NCBI RefSeq assembly: GCF_012838985.1
Contig: NZ_DUOE01000050.1
Span: forward strand, 1-56,452
DNA from: Corynebacterium sp.
Lineage (GTDB): Bacteria; Actinomycetota; Actinomycetes; Mycobacteriales; Mycobacteriaceae
Direction: 5' to 3'
DNA: 56,452 bases
Below the pieces are notes generated by a model, which was not told the origin of the DNA, made no database searches, and saw nothing but the letters and a program-made list of their open reading frames with translations. Positions 48,530-56,452 of this stretch are shown piece by piece. The number at the start of each line of letters is the position of its first letter. Position 1 is the stretch's first letter. The position numbers were made by a program, and so were the translations under genes.

Positions 48530-49729
48530 ATGCGTGTTGCCATTGTCGCCGAGTCCTTCCTCCCCAACGTCAACGGTGTGACCAACTCAGTCCTCCGCGT
48601 GCTGGAGCACCTGCACCGGGAGGGGCATGAGGCGATGGTGGTGGCCCCGGGGGCCCGGGATTTCCAGGAGGAGATCCACGAGTACCTCGGCTTCGAGATC
48701 GTGCGCGTGCCCACCGTGCGCATGCCGCTCATCGACTCGCTGCCGATCGGCGTCCCCAACGCCACCGTCACCGAGGCGCTGCGTGACTTCAACCCGGACA
48801 TCATCCACCTGGCCAGCCCCTTCGTGCTCGGTGCCGCCGGTGCCTACGCCGCCCGGCAGCTGCGCATCCCGGCGGTGGCGCTGTACCAGACGGACGTCGC
48901 CGGTTTCGCCTCCAAGTACCACCTCACGCCGCTGGCCGCCGCCGCCTGGGAGTGGACCCGGCACATCCACAACATCTGCCAGATGACGCTGGCACCCTCG
49001 TCGCTGACCATCGCGGACCTGGAGTCCCACGGCATCAACAACGTGCGCCACTGGGGGCGCGGCGTCGACGCGGTGCGTTTCCACCCGGAGAAGCGTGACC
49101 CGGGGCTGCGCCGTCAGTGGGACCGCTCGGGCCGGAAGAAGATCGTCGGTTTCGTCGGCCGTCTCGCCGCGGAGAAGGGCGTGCACCGCCTCGCCTCCCT
49201 GCACGGTCGCCGCGACATCCAGCTGGTCATCGTCGGTGACGGCCCCTCCCGCCCGGAGCTGGAGGAACTCATGCCGAAGGCCGTGTTCACCGGCGCCCTC
49301 GGCGGTGAGGAGCTGGCCCGCGCGTACGCCTCCCTCGATCTGTTCGTCCACGCCGGCGAGTTCGAGACCTTCTGCCAGGCCATCCAGGAGGCCCAGGCCT
49401 CCGGCGTCCCGACCATCGGCCCCCGCGCCGGCGGCCCCGTCGACCTCATCCAGGAGCGCTACAACGGCCTGCTTCTCGACGTCGACACGTTCTCCCGCGA
49501 CCTCCCCGTCGCCGCCGAATGGCTCCTCCACCCCGAGCGCCACGACGCCCTGCGCCACAACGCCCGCACCTCGGTGGCGAACAAGACCTGGGAGTCACTG
49601 TGCGGGCAGCTCCTCGGCTACTACGAGGAGGTCATCGAGGAGACCCGTCGCGTCCCGCTGACCTTCTTCGGCCCGCGCCCCGAGCTGCCGCTGTGGGCGG
49701 CCCGGGCACTGGGCGCGCGCGTCGCCTGA
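48530..49729 (+). CDS. mgtA: GDP-mannose-dependent alpha-mannosyltransferase (GT4)
   Basis: MRVAIVAESFLPNVNGV, YQTD, VGRLAAEK, ETFCQAIQEA; syntenic after menD; start 48521 or 48530. Confidence 0.85.
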   Translation: MRVAIVAESFLPNVNGVTNSVLRVLEHLHREGHEAMVVAPGARDFQEEIHEYLGFEIVRVPTVRMPLIDSLPIGVPNATVTEALRDFNPDIIHLASPFVLGAAGAYAARQLRIPAVALYQTDVAGFASKYHLTPLAAAAWEWTRHIHNICQMTLAPSSLTIADLESHGINNVRHWGRGVDAVRFHPEKRDPGLRRQWDRSGRKKIVGFVGRLAAEKGVHRLASLHGRRDIQLVIVGDGPSRPELEELMPKAVFTGALGGEELARAYASLDLFVHAGEFETFCQAIQEAQASGVPTIGPRAGGPVDLIQERYNGLLLDVDTFSRDLPVAAEWLLHPERHDALRHNARTSVANKTWESLCGQLLGYYEEVIEETRRVPLTFFGPRPELPLWAARALGARVA

Positions 49730-49753
49730 GACCGACTCGCCTAGACTCTAGGC

Positions 49754-50443
49754 GTGGCTAAGGCAGACCTGGACAAGAAACCCTTCGACGTGGCGTCGAT
49801 GTTCGACGCCGTCGGTGAGAAATACGACCTGACCAACACGATCCTGTCCTTCGGGCAGGACGCCCGGTGGCGTCGCCGGACCCGGGAGCGGCTCAACCTG
49901 CAGCCGGGGGAGAAGGTCCTCGACCTGGCCGCCGGAACGGCCGTCTCCACCGTGGAGCTGGCCAAGTCGGGTGCCTGGTGCGTGGCCTGCGACTTCTCCC
50001 AGGGCATGCTCGCCGCCAGCCGGGACCGCGACGTGCCGAAGGTCTGCGGCGACGGCATGCAGCTGCCCTTCGCGGACAACACCTTCGACGCCGTGACCAT
50101 CTCCTACGGTCTGCGCAACATCCACGACCACGAGGCCGGCCTCCGGGAGATGGCGCGGGTGACCAGGCCGGGTGGCCGTCTGGCCGTCGCCGAGTTCTCC
50201 ACCCCGGTCGTGCCCGTGTTCGGCACGCTGTACAAGGAGTACCTCATGCGCCTGCTGCCCAAGGTGGCGCGCGTGGTGTCCAGCAACCCGGCGGCCTACG
50301 AGTACCTCGCGGACTCCATCCGCGCGTGGCCGGGCCAGGAGGGGCTGGCGCGGGTGATCAACGCCAACGGCTGGGAGAACGCCGGCTGGCAGAACCTCAC
50401 CTTCGGCATCGTGGCGCTGCACTCGGCGACTAAGCCGTTGTAG
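49754..50443 (+). CDS. menG: Demethylmenaquinone methyltransferase
   Basis: [33 protein letters not shown]. Confidence 0.95.
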   Translation: MAKADLDKKPFDVASMFDAVGEKYDLTNTILSFGQDARWRRRTRERLNLQPGEKVLDLAAGTAVSTVELAKSGAWCVACDFSQGMLAASRDRDVPKVCGDGMQLPFADNTFDAVTISYGLRNIHDHEAGLREMARVTRPGGRLAVAEFSTPVVPVFGTLYKEYLMRLLPKVARVVSSNPAAYEYLADSIRAWPGQEGLARVINANGWENAGWQNLTFGIVALHSATKPL

Positions 50444-51689
50444 ACCACAGGGGGGTGTCCCGCCGCACCCGCGACACGGCCGCGCCGGACAGGCGCCAGG
50501 CGCTGGCGATGAGGTCGCGGTCCTCGTCGGTGATGAGGTTGCCCATGAGGCGCGCCGCCGCCGGCATGATGACCGCCCCCACCGGTCCGCGCAGCCCCAG
50601 CGGGCCGACGAGCGGCAGGAACTTCGGGTACGTGAGCAGCCGCGCGGCGGTGCGGGCCAGCAGGAACGCCTCACCGTAGGTCTCACGCAGCAGGTGCGGC
50701 CACACGAGGGTGAGGTCGCGCCGGCCGGCGTCGACAAGCAGGTCGACGGCCATCTCGGCGGACTCCAGTCCGTAGTCGATGCCCTCGCCGTTGAGGGGGT
50801 TGACCAGGGCGGCGGAGTCGCCGATGAGCATCCAGTTGGGTCCCGCGACGTTGGAGACGGCACCCCCCATCGGCAGCATCGCCGAGGTGACGTCCTGCTC
50901 GGGGCCCAGCTGCCACTCCTCCCGCTTCTGCGCCGCGTAGTGGGAGAGCAGCTTCTTCGTGTTGACCTTCGCCGGGCGGGCGTCGGTGGACAGCGCGCCG
51001 GCGCCGAGGTTCACACGCCCGTCGCCGAGGGGGAAGATCCAGCCGTAGCCGGGCTGGACGGTGCCGTCGGCGTCGAGAAGCTCGACGTCGGAGTGGATCC
51101 ACGGCTCCGTGGACAGGGGGGAGGTGCAGTAGGAGCGGGCGGCGATGCCGTAGACCTCGCCGCGGTGCCACTGACGCCCCAGCAGCTTGCCGAACGTCGA
51201 GCGCACCCCGTCCGCGACGAGCACCCAGCGTGCCCGCACCTGCTTCCCGACACCCCCGTGACGCACCGTCACCGTGTCAATGCGCCGTCCCCCGTAGGTC
51301 ACCGCCGTGGCCGTCGCGTCCTCCCACAGGGTGGCGCCGCGTTCCACGGCGGTGCGCACGATCAGGTGGTCGAACTCGGTGCGCGGCATCGCCGAACCGA
51401 GGGTGCCGTAGTGGCCGTCCGGCCAGGGCGCGGTGACGGAACCGCCGAATCCGCGCAGCTTGAGGCCCTTGTTGTGGTAGTCGCGGGTCACCTCGTCCGC
51501 CAGCCCCAGCCGGCCCAGCTGACGGATGGCCCGCGGGGTGAGCCCGTCGCCGCAGGTCTTGTCGCGGGGGAAGGTGGCGGCGTCGACGAGCAGGACGTCG
51601 AGACCCGCATCGGCCGCATGGATCGCGGCAGCCGCACCCGCGGGACCCGCGCCGACAACAAGGACATCCACGTCACTGACCACACTCAT
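50430..51689 (-). CDS. menJ: Geranylgeranyl reductase family; probable menaquinone reductase
   Basis: [37 protein letters not shown]; located between menG and the polyprenyl synthase. Confidence 0.8.
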   Translation of the reverse strand: MSVVSDVDVLVVGAGPAGAAAAIHAADAGLDVLLVDAATFPRDKTCGDGLTPRAIRQLGRLGLADEVTRDYHNKGLKLRGFGGSVTAPWPDGHYGTLGSAMPRTEFDHLIVRTAVERGATLWEDATATAVTYGGRRIDTVTVRHGGVGKQVRARWVLVADGVRSTFGKLLGRQWHRGEVYGIAARSYCTSPLSTEPWIHSDVELLDADGTVQPGYGWIFPLGDGRVNLGAGALSTDARPAKVNTKKLLSHYAAQKREEWQLGPEQDVTSAMLPMGGAVSNVAGPNWMLIGDSAALVNPLNGEGIDYGLESAEMAVDLLVDAGRRDLTLVWPHLLRETYGEAFLLARTAARLLTYPKFLPLVGPLGLRGPVGAVIMPAAARLMGNLITDEDRDLIASAWRLSGAAVSRVRRDTPLWSTTA

Positions 51690-51789
51690 GCGCACCATTG
51701 TGGCACCCTGACTACGGAGGGCGGCAACTTTGGACTACGGTTGAACCCGATCAACCTGACCCTCATCACCGTTGCAAGGACATTCCGAC

Positions 51790-52806
51790 ATGACCCACGG
51801 CACTACCTACCAGCCCAGCCCGGCGGGGCACGTGGACCTGGGAGACGCCGAGCTCAACGAGCGCATCGCGACCGGAATGACCGAGGTCGAGGTCATGCTG
51901 CGCGAGGAACTGGCGAAGGGCGAGGACTTCCTCGTCGACAAGGTGACCCACCTGCTCACCGCCGGAGGCAAGCGTTTCCGCCCGATGATGACGCTCCTGG
52001 CCTCCCAGTACGGCCCCCGCGCCGGCTCCCTCGAGGTGGTCAAGGCGGCCGCCGTCCTGGAGACGGTGCACCTGGCCACCCTGTACCACGACGACGTCAT
52101 GGACGAGGCCGAGCTGCGCCGCGGCGTCGACTCCGCCAACGCCCGCTGGGACAACTCCGTCGCCATCCTCGCCGGCGACATCCTCTTCGCCCACGCCTCC
52201 CGCCTCATGAGCGAGCTGGACACCCACACCGTCGGCCACTTCGCGCAGACCTTCCAGGACCTGGTCACCGGCCAGATGCGCGAGACCATCGGCGCCGAGG
52301 GCCGTGACCCCGTCGAGCACTACATGGACGTCATCCGCGAGAAGACCGGCGTGCTCATCGCCTCCTCCGGCTACCTCGGCGCGTACCACGCCGGCGCCAG
52401 CGGGGAGCACCGGGACGCCCTCCACCGCATCGGCATGGCCGTGGGCATGATCTTCCAGATCGTCGACGACATCATCGACATCTTCTCCGACCACGAACAG
52501 TCCGGCAAGACCCCCGGCACCGACCTCCGGGAGGGCGTGTTCACCCTCCCCGTGCTCTACGCGCTCGAGGAGGAGGGCGAGGTCGGCGACGAGCTCCGTG
52601 CACTGCTCACAGGCCCCCTCACCGCGGACGAGGACGTGGAGAAGGCCCTGGAGCTCCTGGGGCGCTCCCAGGGGCGTCAGCGTGCGCTTGACGACGTCCA
52701 CCGCTACCTCGCCGAGGCCGAGTCCCAGATCGCCCGCCTGCCGGAGTGCGCCGCCACCGACGCGCTACGACTGCTGGCCGGCTACACGATCCGCCGCGTC
52801 GGCTAG
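51790..52806 (+). CDS. Polyprenyl diphosphate synthase
   Basis: GGKRFRP, HDDVMD..RRG (FARM), KT, FQIVDDIID (SARM). Confidence 0.93.
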   Translation: MTHGTTYQPSPAGHVDLGDAELNERIATGMTEVEVMLREELAKGEDFLVDKVTHLLTAGGKRFRPMMTLLASQYGPRAGSLEVVKAAAVLETVHLATLYHDDVMDEAELRRGVDSANARWDNSVAILAGDILFAHASRLMSELDTHTVGHFAQTFQDLVTGQMRETIGAEGRDPVEHYMDVIREKTGVLIASSGYLGAYHAGASGEHRDALHRIGMAVGMIFQIVDDIIDIFSDHEQSGKTPGTDLREGVFTLPVLYALEEEGEVGDELRALLTGPLTADEDVEKALELLGRSQGRQRALDDVHRYLAEAESQIARLPECAATDALRLLAGYTIRRVG

Positions 52807-52898
52807 CCGCATTCAGGTGCCCTGAGCAGCCGATTTGCTCTTTGCTCGGGATGTCATAGTAGAGTGTGTAACGCACCACGCAAGCGGTGCTGAAGTTT

Positions 52899-52981
52899 GC
52901 CAGATTGCCCGAGCGGCCAAAGGGAGCGGACTGTAAATCCGCCGGCTCACGCCTACAGAAGTTCGAATCTTCTATCTGGCA
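52899..52981 (+). tRNA. tRNA-Tyr(GTA)
   Basis: GCCAGAT acceptor stem, GCGGA-CTGTAAA-TCCGC anticodon arm, long variable arm, GTTCGAATC. Confidence 0.96.
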
Positions 52982-52988
52982 CACGGAT

Positions 52989-53026
52989 GAGAACCCATCC
53001 GGACAGTAATGTCCGGGTGGGTTCTC
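52989..53026 (+). terminator. Hairpin after tRNA-Tyr
   Basis: GAGAACCCATCCGGACA-gtaa-TGTCCGGGTGGGTTCTC. Confidence 0.7.
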
Positions 53027-53053
53027 TGCATTTCGGGGTGGGGGAGCGCGACA

Positions 53054-53153
53054 CGTTCGGAAGGACACATTCGGAGGCGGGGTCGTCCCGAACGTGTGAG
53101 GGGCCGTGGGGTGCCCTCTCGGAGGTGTCCGTCCGTACATGTCCTTCCGAACG
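53054..53153. repeat. 100-bp palindromic intergenic element (REP/MITE-like)
   Basis: Terminal inverted repeat CGTTCGGAAGGACA/TGTCCTTCCGAACG (14 bp perfect, 22 bp with 3 mismatches). Confidence 0.7.
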
Positions 53154-53404
53154 AGCAGAGGCGTCTGGGGCGTCCCTGGCGGCGCCGGCGGCCCCGTCCC
53201 GACCCCGGCCCGCCGGGGTGCCTCAAGCATGCATCCCGCAAGCCACTTTAAAGCGCGTCCACAGCGCGTTTATAGCGCTCTATAAAGCGTCGAAAAACAT
53301 CAGTTGACCTGGCGATTTGTGTTCATACGCTACATCGGGTTAATCTTTACAAGGCTTCAACGGAGCGGCCAAGAGAAATCAAGGCCACAACTTCAAGAGG
53401 CTGT

Positions 53405-53477
53405 GCCCCCTTAGCTCAGTCGGCAGAGCGTTTCCATGGTAAGGAAAAGGTCATCAGTTCGATTCTGATAGGGGGCT
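53405..53477 (+). tRNA. tRNA-Thr(GGT)
   Basis: GCCCCCT acceptor stem, TTTCC-ATGGTAA-GGAAA, GTTCGATTC. Confidence 0.96.
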
Positions 53478-53542
53478 CTGTTTCTTTTCTCCCTCGGTCA
53501 CGAGCAACCGTCGGTGGCTGGGAGAGTGCGAAACAGTCACCT

Positions 53543-53614
53543 GGCGGTGTAGCTCAGTGGTAGAGCAAGCGACTCATAATCGCTGTGTCGCGGGTTCAAT
53601 TCCCGCCATCGCTA
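53543..53614 (+). tRNA. tRNA-Met(CAT), elongator type (Ile2 not excluded)
   Basis: GGCGGTG acceptor stem, AGCGA-CTCATAA-TCGCT, GTTCAATTC. Confidence 0.93.
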
Positions 53615-53694
53615 CCGGTTGACCGCCGGAGGGGACATTTCGGAAGAGATTGCCCTTCTGGTAAGGTGAACCGTGCTGTTTGATCAGCGCACCA

Positions 53695-53770
<76 letters not shown>

Positions 53771-53772
53771 AT

Positions 53773-53813
53773 ACGGGCCGGTCATCGAGGAACACTCCTC
53801 GGGACCGGCCCGT
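53773..53813 (+). terminator. Hairpin after tRNA-Trp
   Basis: ACGGGCCGGTC...GACCGGCCCGT followed by TCTGCTT. Confidence 0.6.
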
Positions 53814-53887
53814 TCTGCTTGCCGGGGTAAGGCTCTGGTAGGCTCATCTGAGTCCTGAACACGAGAGAACATTTTGCGAGGAGTGCT

Positions 53888-54211
53888 GTGACCGATCGAC
53901 AGCCCAACCAGCCCGGTGCTACCCGTCCCACGGGTAAGCGTCAGCTCGCCGGTGTCGGCACGACCTCGAGCGCTTCCTACGAGGCGAAGCGTGTCGTGAA
54001 GACCGACCAGGAGGACGAGAAGCCCGGTGGTGGCGTCGGCTCCTTCATCCCGGAGGTCGTCTCGGAGATGCGGAAGGTCATCTGGCCGACCGCGCGCCAG
54101 ATGGTCATCTACACGCTCGTCGTGTTCGCCTTCCTCATCGTGGTGACTGCGCTGGTGTCCAGCGTGGACTTCATCACGGGCCTCGGAGTTGAGAAGGTTC
54201 TCACTCCTTAG
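53888..54211 (+). CDS. secE: Preprotein translocase subunit SecE
   Basis: EVVSEMRKVIWPT followed by a single TM helix. Confidence 0.95.
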   Translation: MTDRQPNQPGATRPTGKRQLAGVGTTSSASYEAKRVVKTDQEDEKPGGGVGSFIPEVVSEMRKVIWPTARQMVIYTLVVFAFLIVVTALVSSVDFITGLGVEKVLTP

Positions 54212-54338
54212 GTACAGTCGTCACCATCAGTTGTCATCCCGCCGGGCCCGTCGAGGTCGGCGGGATTATTCATTGGGCCGCGGCCGCTAGACTGGCGCGC
54301 AAGGCCCGCCACGTAAGAAGACACGTCTGGAGCACACA

Positions 54339-55208
54339 ATGACCGACGAGAACACCACCAACGACGAGTTCGACACCGAGAACTCCGACATCAGCGACGC
54401 CGAGCGACTCCTCGGCGACGACCCCTCCAACGCCGACGAGACCATCGCCGCCGAGCCGGCCGTCGCCCCGACCACCGAGGAGGACGAGGCTGAGAAACCG
54501 GAGCAGGACGAGGTGGCCGCTGCCGCCGCCGCCCTCGGTGACACCACCGAGGAGGACGCGGAGGCCGAGTACCGTCGCCGCCTGCGTCGTTACGTCTCCG
54601 AGCTGAAGAAGCTCCCGGGTGACTGGTACATCATCCAGTGCTACTCGGGCTACGAGAACAAGGTGAAGACCAACCTCGACATGCGTGCCCAGACCCTCGA
54701 GGTCGAGGAGTATATCTACGACGTGGTCGTGCCGATCGAGCAGGTCATCGAGATCAAGGACGGCAAGCGCAAGCTGGTGAAGCGCAAGCTGCTGCCGGGT
54801 TACGTCCTGGTCCGCATGGAGATGAACGACAAGGCGTGGTCCGTGGTGCGTGACACCCCGGGTGTCACCAGCTTCGTGGGCAACGAGGGCAATGCCACGG
54901 TGGTCAAGCACCGCGACGTCGCGAAGTTCCTCATGCCGAAGGAGGCCTCCGTCGAGGGCGAGGCCGCGGCGGTCACCGCGGACGGCGAGAAGGTCGTCGC
55001 CATGCCGGACGAGCAGGCGAAGCCGACCGTCGCGATCGACTTCGAGGTCGGCGAGGCCGTCACCATCCTCACGGGTGCGCTGGCGTCCGTCTCCGCGACG
55101 ATCTCCGAGATCGACCCGGCGACCGGCAAGATCCAGGCGCTGGTGTCCATCTTCGGTCGTGAGACCCCGGTGGAGCTGACCGCGGACCAGATCGAGAAGA
55201 TCAACTAG
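54339..55208 (+). CDS. nusG: Transcription termination/antitermination factor NusG
   Basis: WYIIQCYSGYENKVK, PGYVLV, TPGVTSFVG, KOW domain SIFGRETPVEL. Confidence 0.97.
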   Translation: MTDENTTNDEFDTENSDISDAERLLGDDPSNADETIAAEPAVAPTTEEDEAEKPEQDEVAAAAAALGDTTEEDAEAEYRRRLRRYVSELKKLPGDWYIIQCYSGYENKVKTNLDMRAQTLEVEEYIYDVVVPIEQVIEIKDGKRKLVKRKLLPGYVLVRMEMNDKAWSVVRDTPGVTSFVGNEGNATVVKHRDVAKFLMPKEASVEGEAAAVTADGEKVVAMPDEQAKPTVAIDFEVGEAVTILTGALASVSATISEIDPATGKIQALVSIFGRETPVELTADQIEKIN

Positions 55209-55224
55209 GTCACCTGCCGACGCA

Positions 55225-55262
55225 CCCCCGTTCCCCGCACCGCGCGGGGAGCGGGGGATTTT
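55225..55262 (+). terminator. Terminator after nusG
   Basis: CCCCCGTTCCCCGC-accgc-GCGGGGAGCGGGGG-ATTTT. Confidence 0.7.
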
Positions 55263-55449
55263 GGTTGCGGCCCCCGGTGCCGTAGGCTTGACCCTCGCGC
55301 GTGTACGTATGCGTGAACCCGAAACATTCATCCCCGGTGGCCGGGATACGCGGAGACCCAGCGGCAGACGCTGGCAGCGGGGCCCGGCATCCGGACGGGG
55401 GTCGACATCATCGTGACGGCCCACCGGTATCCAGGAACGAGGTAATTCG

Positions 55450-55884
55450 ATGGCTCCCAAGAAGAAGAAGGTCACCGGCCTGATCAAGCTGCAGATCGAG
55501 GCAGGCGCCGCCAACCCGGCTCCCCCGGTCGGCCCGGCTCTCGGTGCCCATGGTGTCAACATCATGGAGTTCTGCAAGGCCTACAACGCCGCCACCGAGT
55601 CCCAGCGTGGCAACGTGATCCCGGTTGAGATCACCGTCTACGAGGACCGCAGCTTCGACTTCATCCTGAAGACCCCGCCGGCAGCCAAGCTGCTGCTCAA
55701 GGCCGCTGGTCTGCAGAAGGGTTCCGGCGTGCCGCACACCCAGAAGGTGGGCAAGGTCACCATGGCACAGGTCAAGGAGATCGCCGAGACCAAGCAGAAG
55801 GACCTCAACGCCCGCGATATCGAGGCCGCCGCCAAGATCATCGCCGGCACCGCCCGCTCCATGGGCATCGAGGTCGAGGGTTAA
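55450..55884 (+). CDS. rplK: 50S ribosomal protein L11
   Basis: [32 protein letters not shown]. Confidence 0.98.
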   Translation: MAPKKKKVTGLIKLQIEAGAANPAPPVGPALGAHGVNIMEFCKAYNAATESQRGNVIPVEITVYEDRSFDFILKTPPAAKLLLKAAGLQKGSGVPHTQKVGKVTMAQVKEIAETKQKDLNARDIEAAAKIIAGTARSMGIEVEG

Positions 55885-55911
55885 TTCCCTCCCCCTTCCT
55901 CTGAACATCAC

Positions 55912-55942
55912 GTGGCAGGGCCCGCTTCGGCCCGCTGACCAC
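55912..55942 (+). promoter_or_regulatory. Putative L1-binding autoregulatory RNA site
   Basis: GTGG-CA-GGGCC-cgcttc-GGCCC-GCTGA-CCAC asymmetric-loop stem directly upstream of rplA. Confidence 0.65.
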
Positions 55943-55968
55943 ACCAATCCGCACAAGGAATTGCAACA

Positions 55969-56452
55969 ATGAGCAAGAACTCCAAGGCATACAAGGCCGC
56001 AGCTGAGCTGATCGACAAGGATCGCGTCTACTCCCCGCTGGAGGCCGCGAAGATCATCAAGGAGACCTCCTCCAAGAACTTCGACTCCACCGTCGACGTC
56101 GCGATCCGCCTGGGCGTTGATCCGCGTAAGGCCGATCAGCTGGTCCGTGGCACCGTCTCCCTGCCGCACGGCACCGGTAAGACCGTCCGCGTCGCCGTCT
56201 TCGCCGCCGGCGAGAAGGCCACCGAGGCTGAGGAGGCCGGCGCTGATGTCGTGGGCACCGACGAGCTGATCGAGCAGATCACCGCCGGCACCATCGACTT
56301 CGACGTCGCCATCGCCACCCCGGACCAGATGGCCAAGGTCGGCCGCGTCGCCCGCGTCCTGGGCCCGCGTGGTCTCATGCCGAACCCGAAGACCGGTACC
56401 GTCACCACCGACGTCGCCAAGGCTGTCGCCGACGTCAAGGGCGGCAAGATCT
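55969..56452 (+). CDS. rplA: 50S ribosomal protein L1 (3'-truncated by the window)
   Basis: [11 protein letters not shown]...[25 protein letters not shown]...[16 protein letters not shown]. Confidence 0.98.
   Translation, partial: MSKNSKAYKAAAELIDKDRVYSPLEAAKIIKETSSKNFDSTVDVAIRLGVDPRKADQLVRGTVSLPHGTGKTVRVAVFAAGEKATEAEEAGADVVGTDELIEQITAGTIDFDVAIATPDQMAKVGRVARVLGPRGLMPNPKTGTVTTDVAKAVADVKGGKI

Noticed and set aside
38196-52806. Absence of menF, menH and menI (and of hemH/hemQ in the heme cluster)
   Set aside because: These are commonly encoded elsewhere; this cannot be judged from one window.
54339-54620. Long acidic N-terminal extension on NusG
   Set aside because: A typical actinobacterial feature.

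Overview
High-GC actinobacterial chromosome segment. Gene content and order strongly suggest Corynebacterium. It is mostly core genome: fadD-mshA-gpmA-senX3/regX3-ppx-proC-bS22, then heme biosynthesis and system II cytochrome c maturation (hemA,C,D,B,E,Y,L; TlpA/ccdA/ResB/ResC), menaquinone biosynthesis (menA,E,B,C,D,G,J, polyprenyl synthase), four tRNAs, and secE-nusG-rplK-rplA. The most unusual elements are these. (1) A three-gene module at 285-2425 encodes a 55-aa six-Cys protein missing from the ORF track, a CoA-disulfide reductase-rhodanese fusion, and a CsoR/CstR-type repressor lacking the copper-binding His. Two G/C-tract operators overlap putative promoters, so this is a candidate persulfide/sulfur-stress system. 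(2) A full-length P1B-type ATPase inside the heme cluster has every catalytic motif altered (FNRVGT for FDKTGT) and is a candidate pseudoenzyme. (3) A guanidine-III riboswitch plus a Gdx exporter sits between hemY and hemL. (4) There is an RluC-like pseudouridine synthase of apparently proteobacterial type. (5) There are several 80-100 bp palindromic intergenic elements. All calls come from reading the sequence and from family knowledge; no database searches were run.
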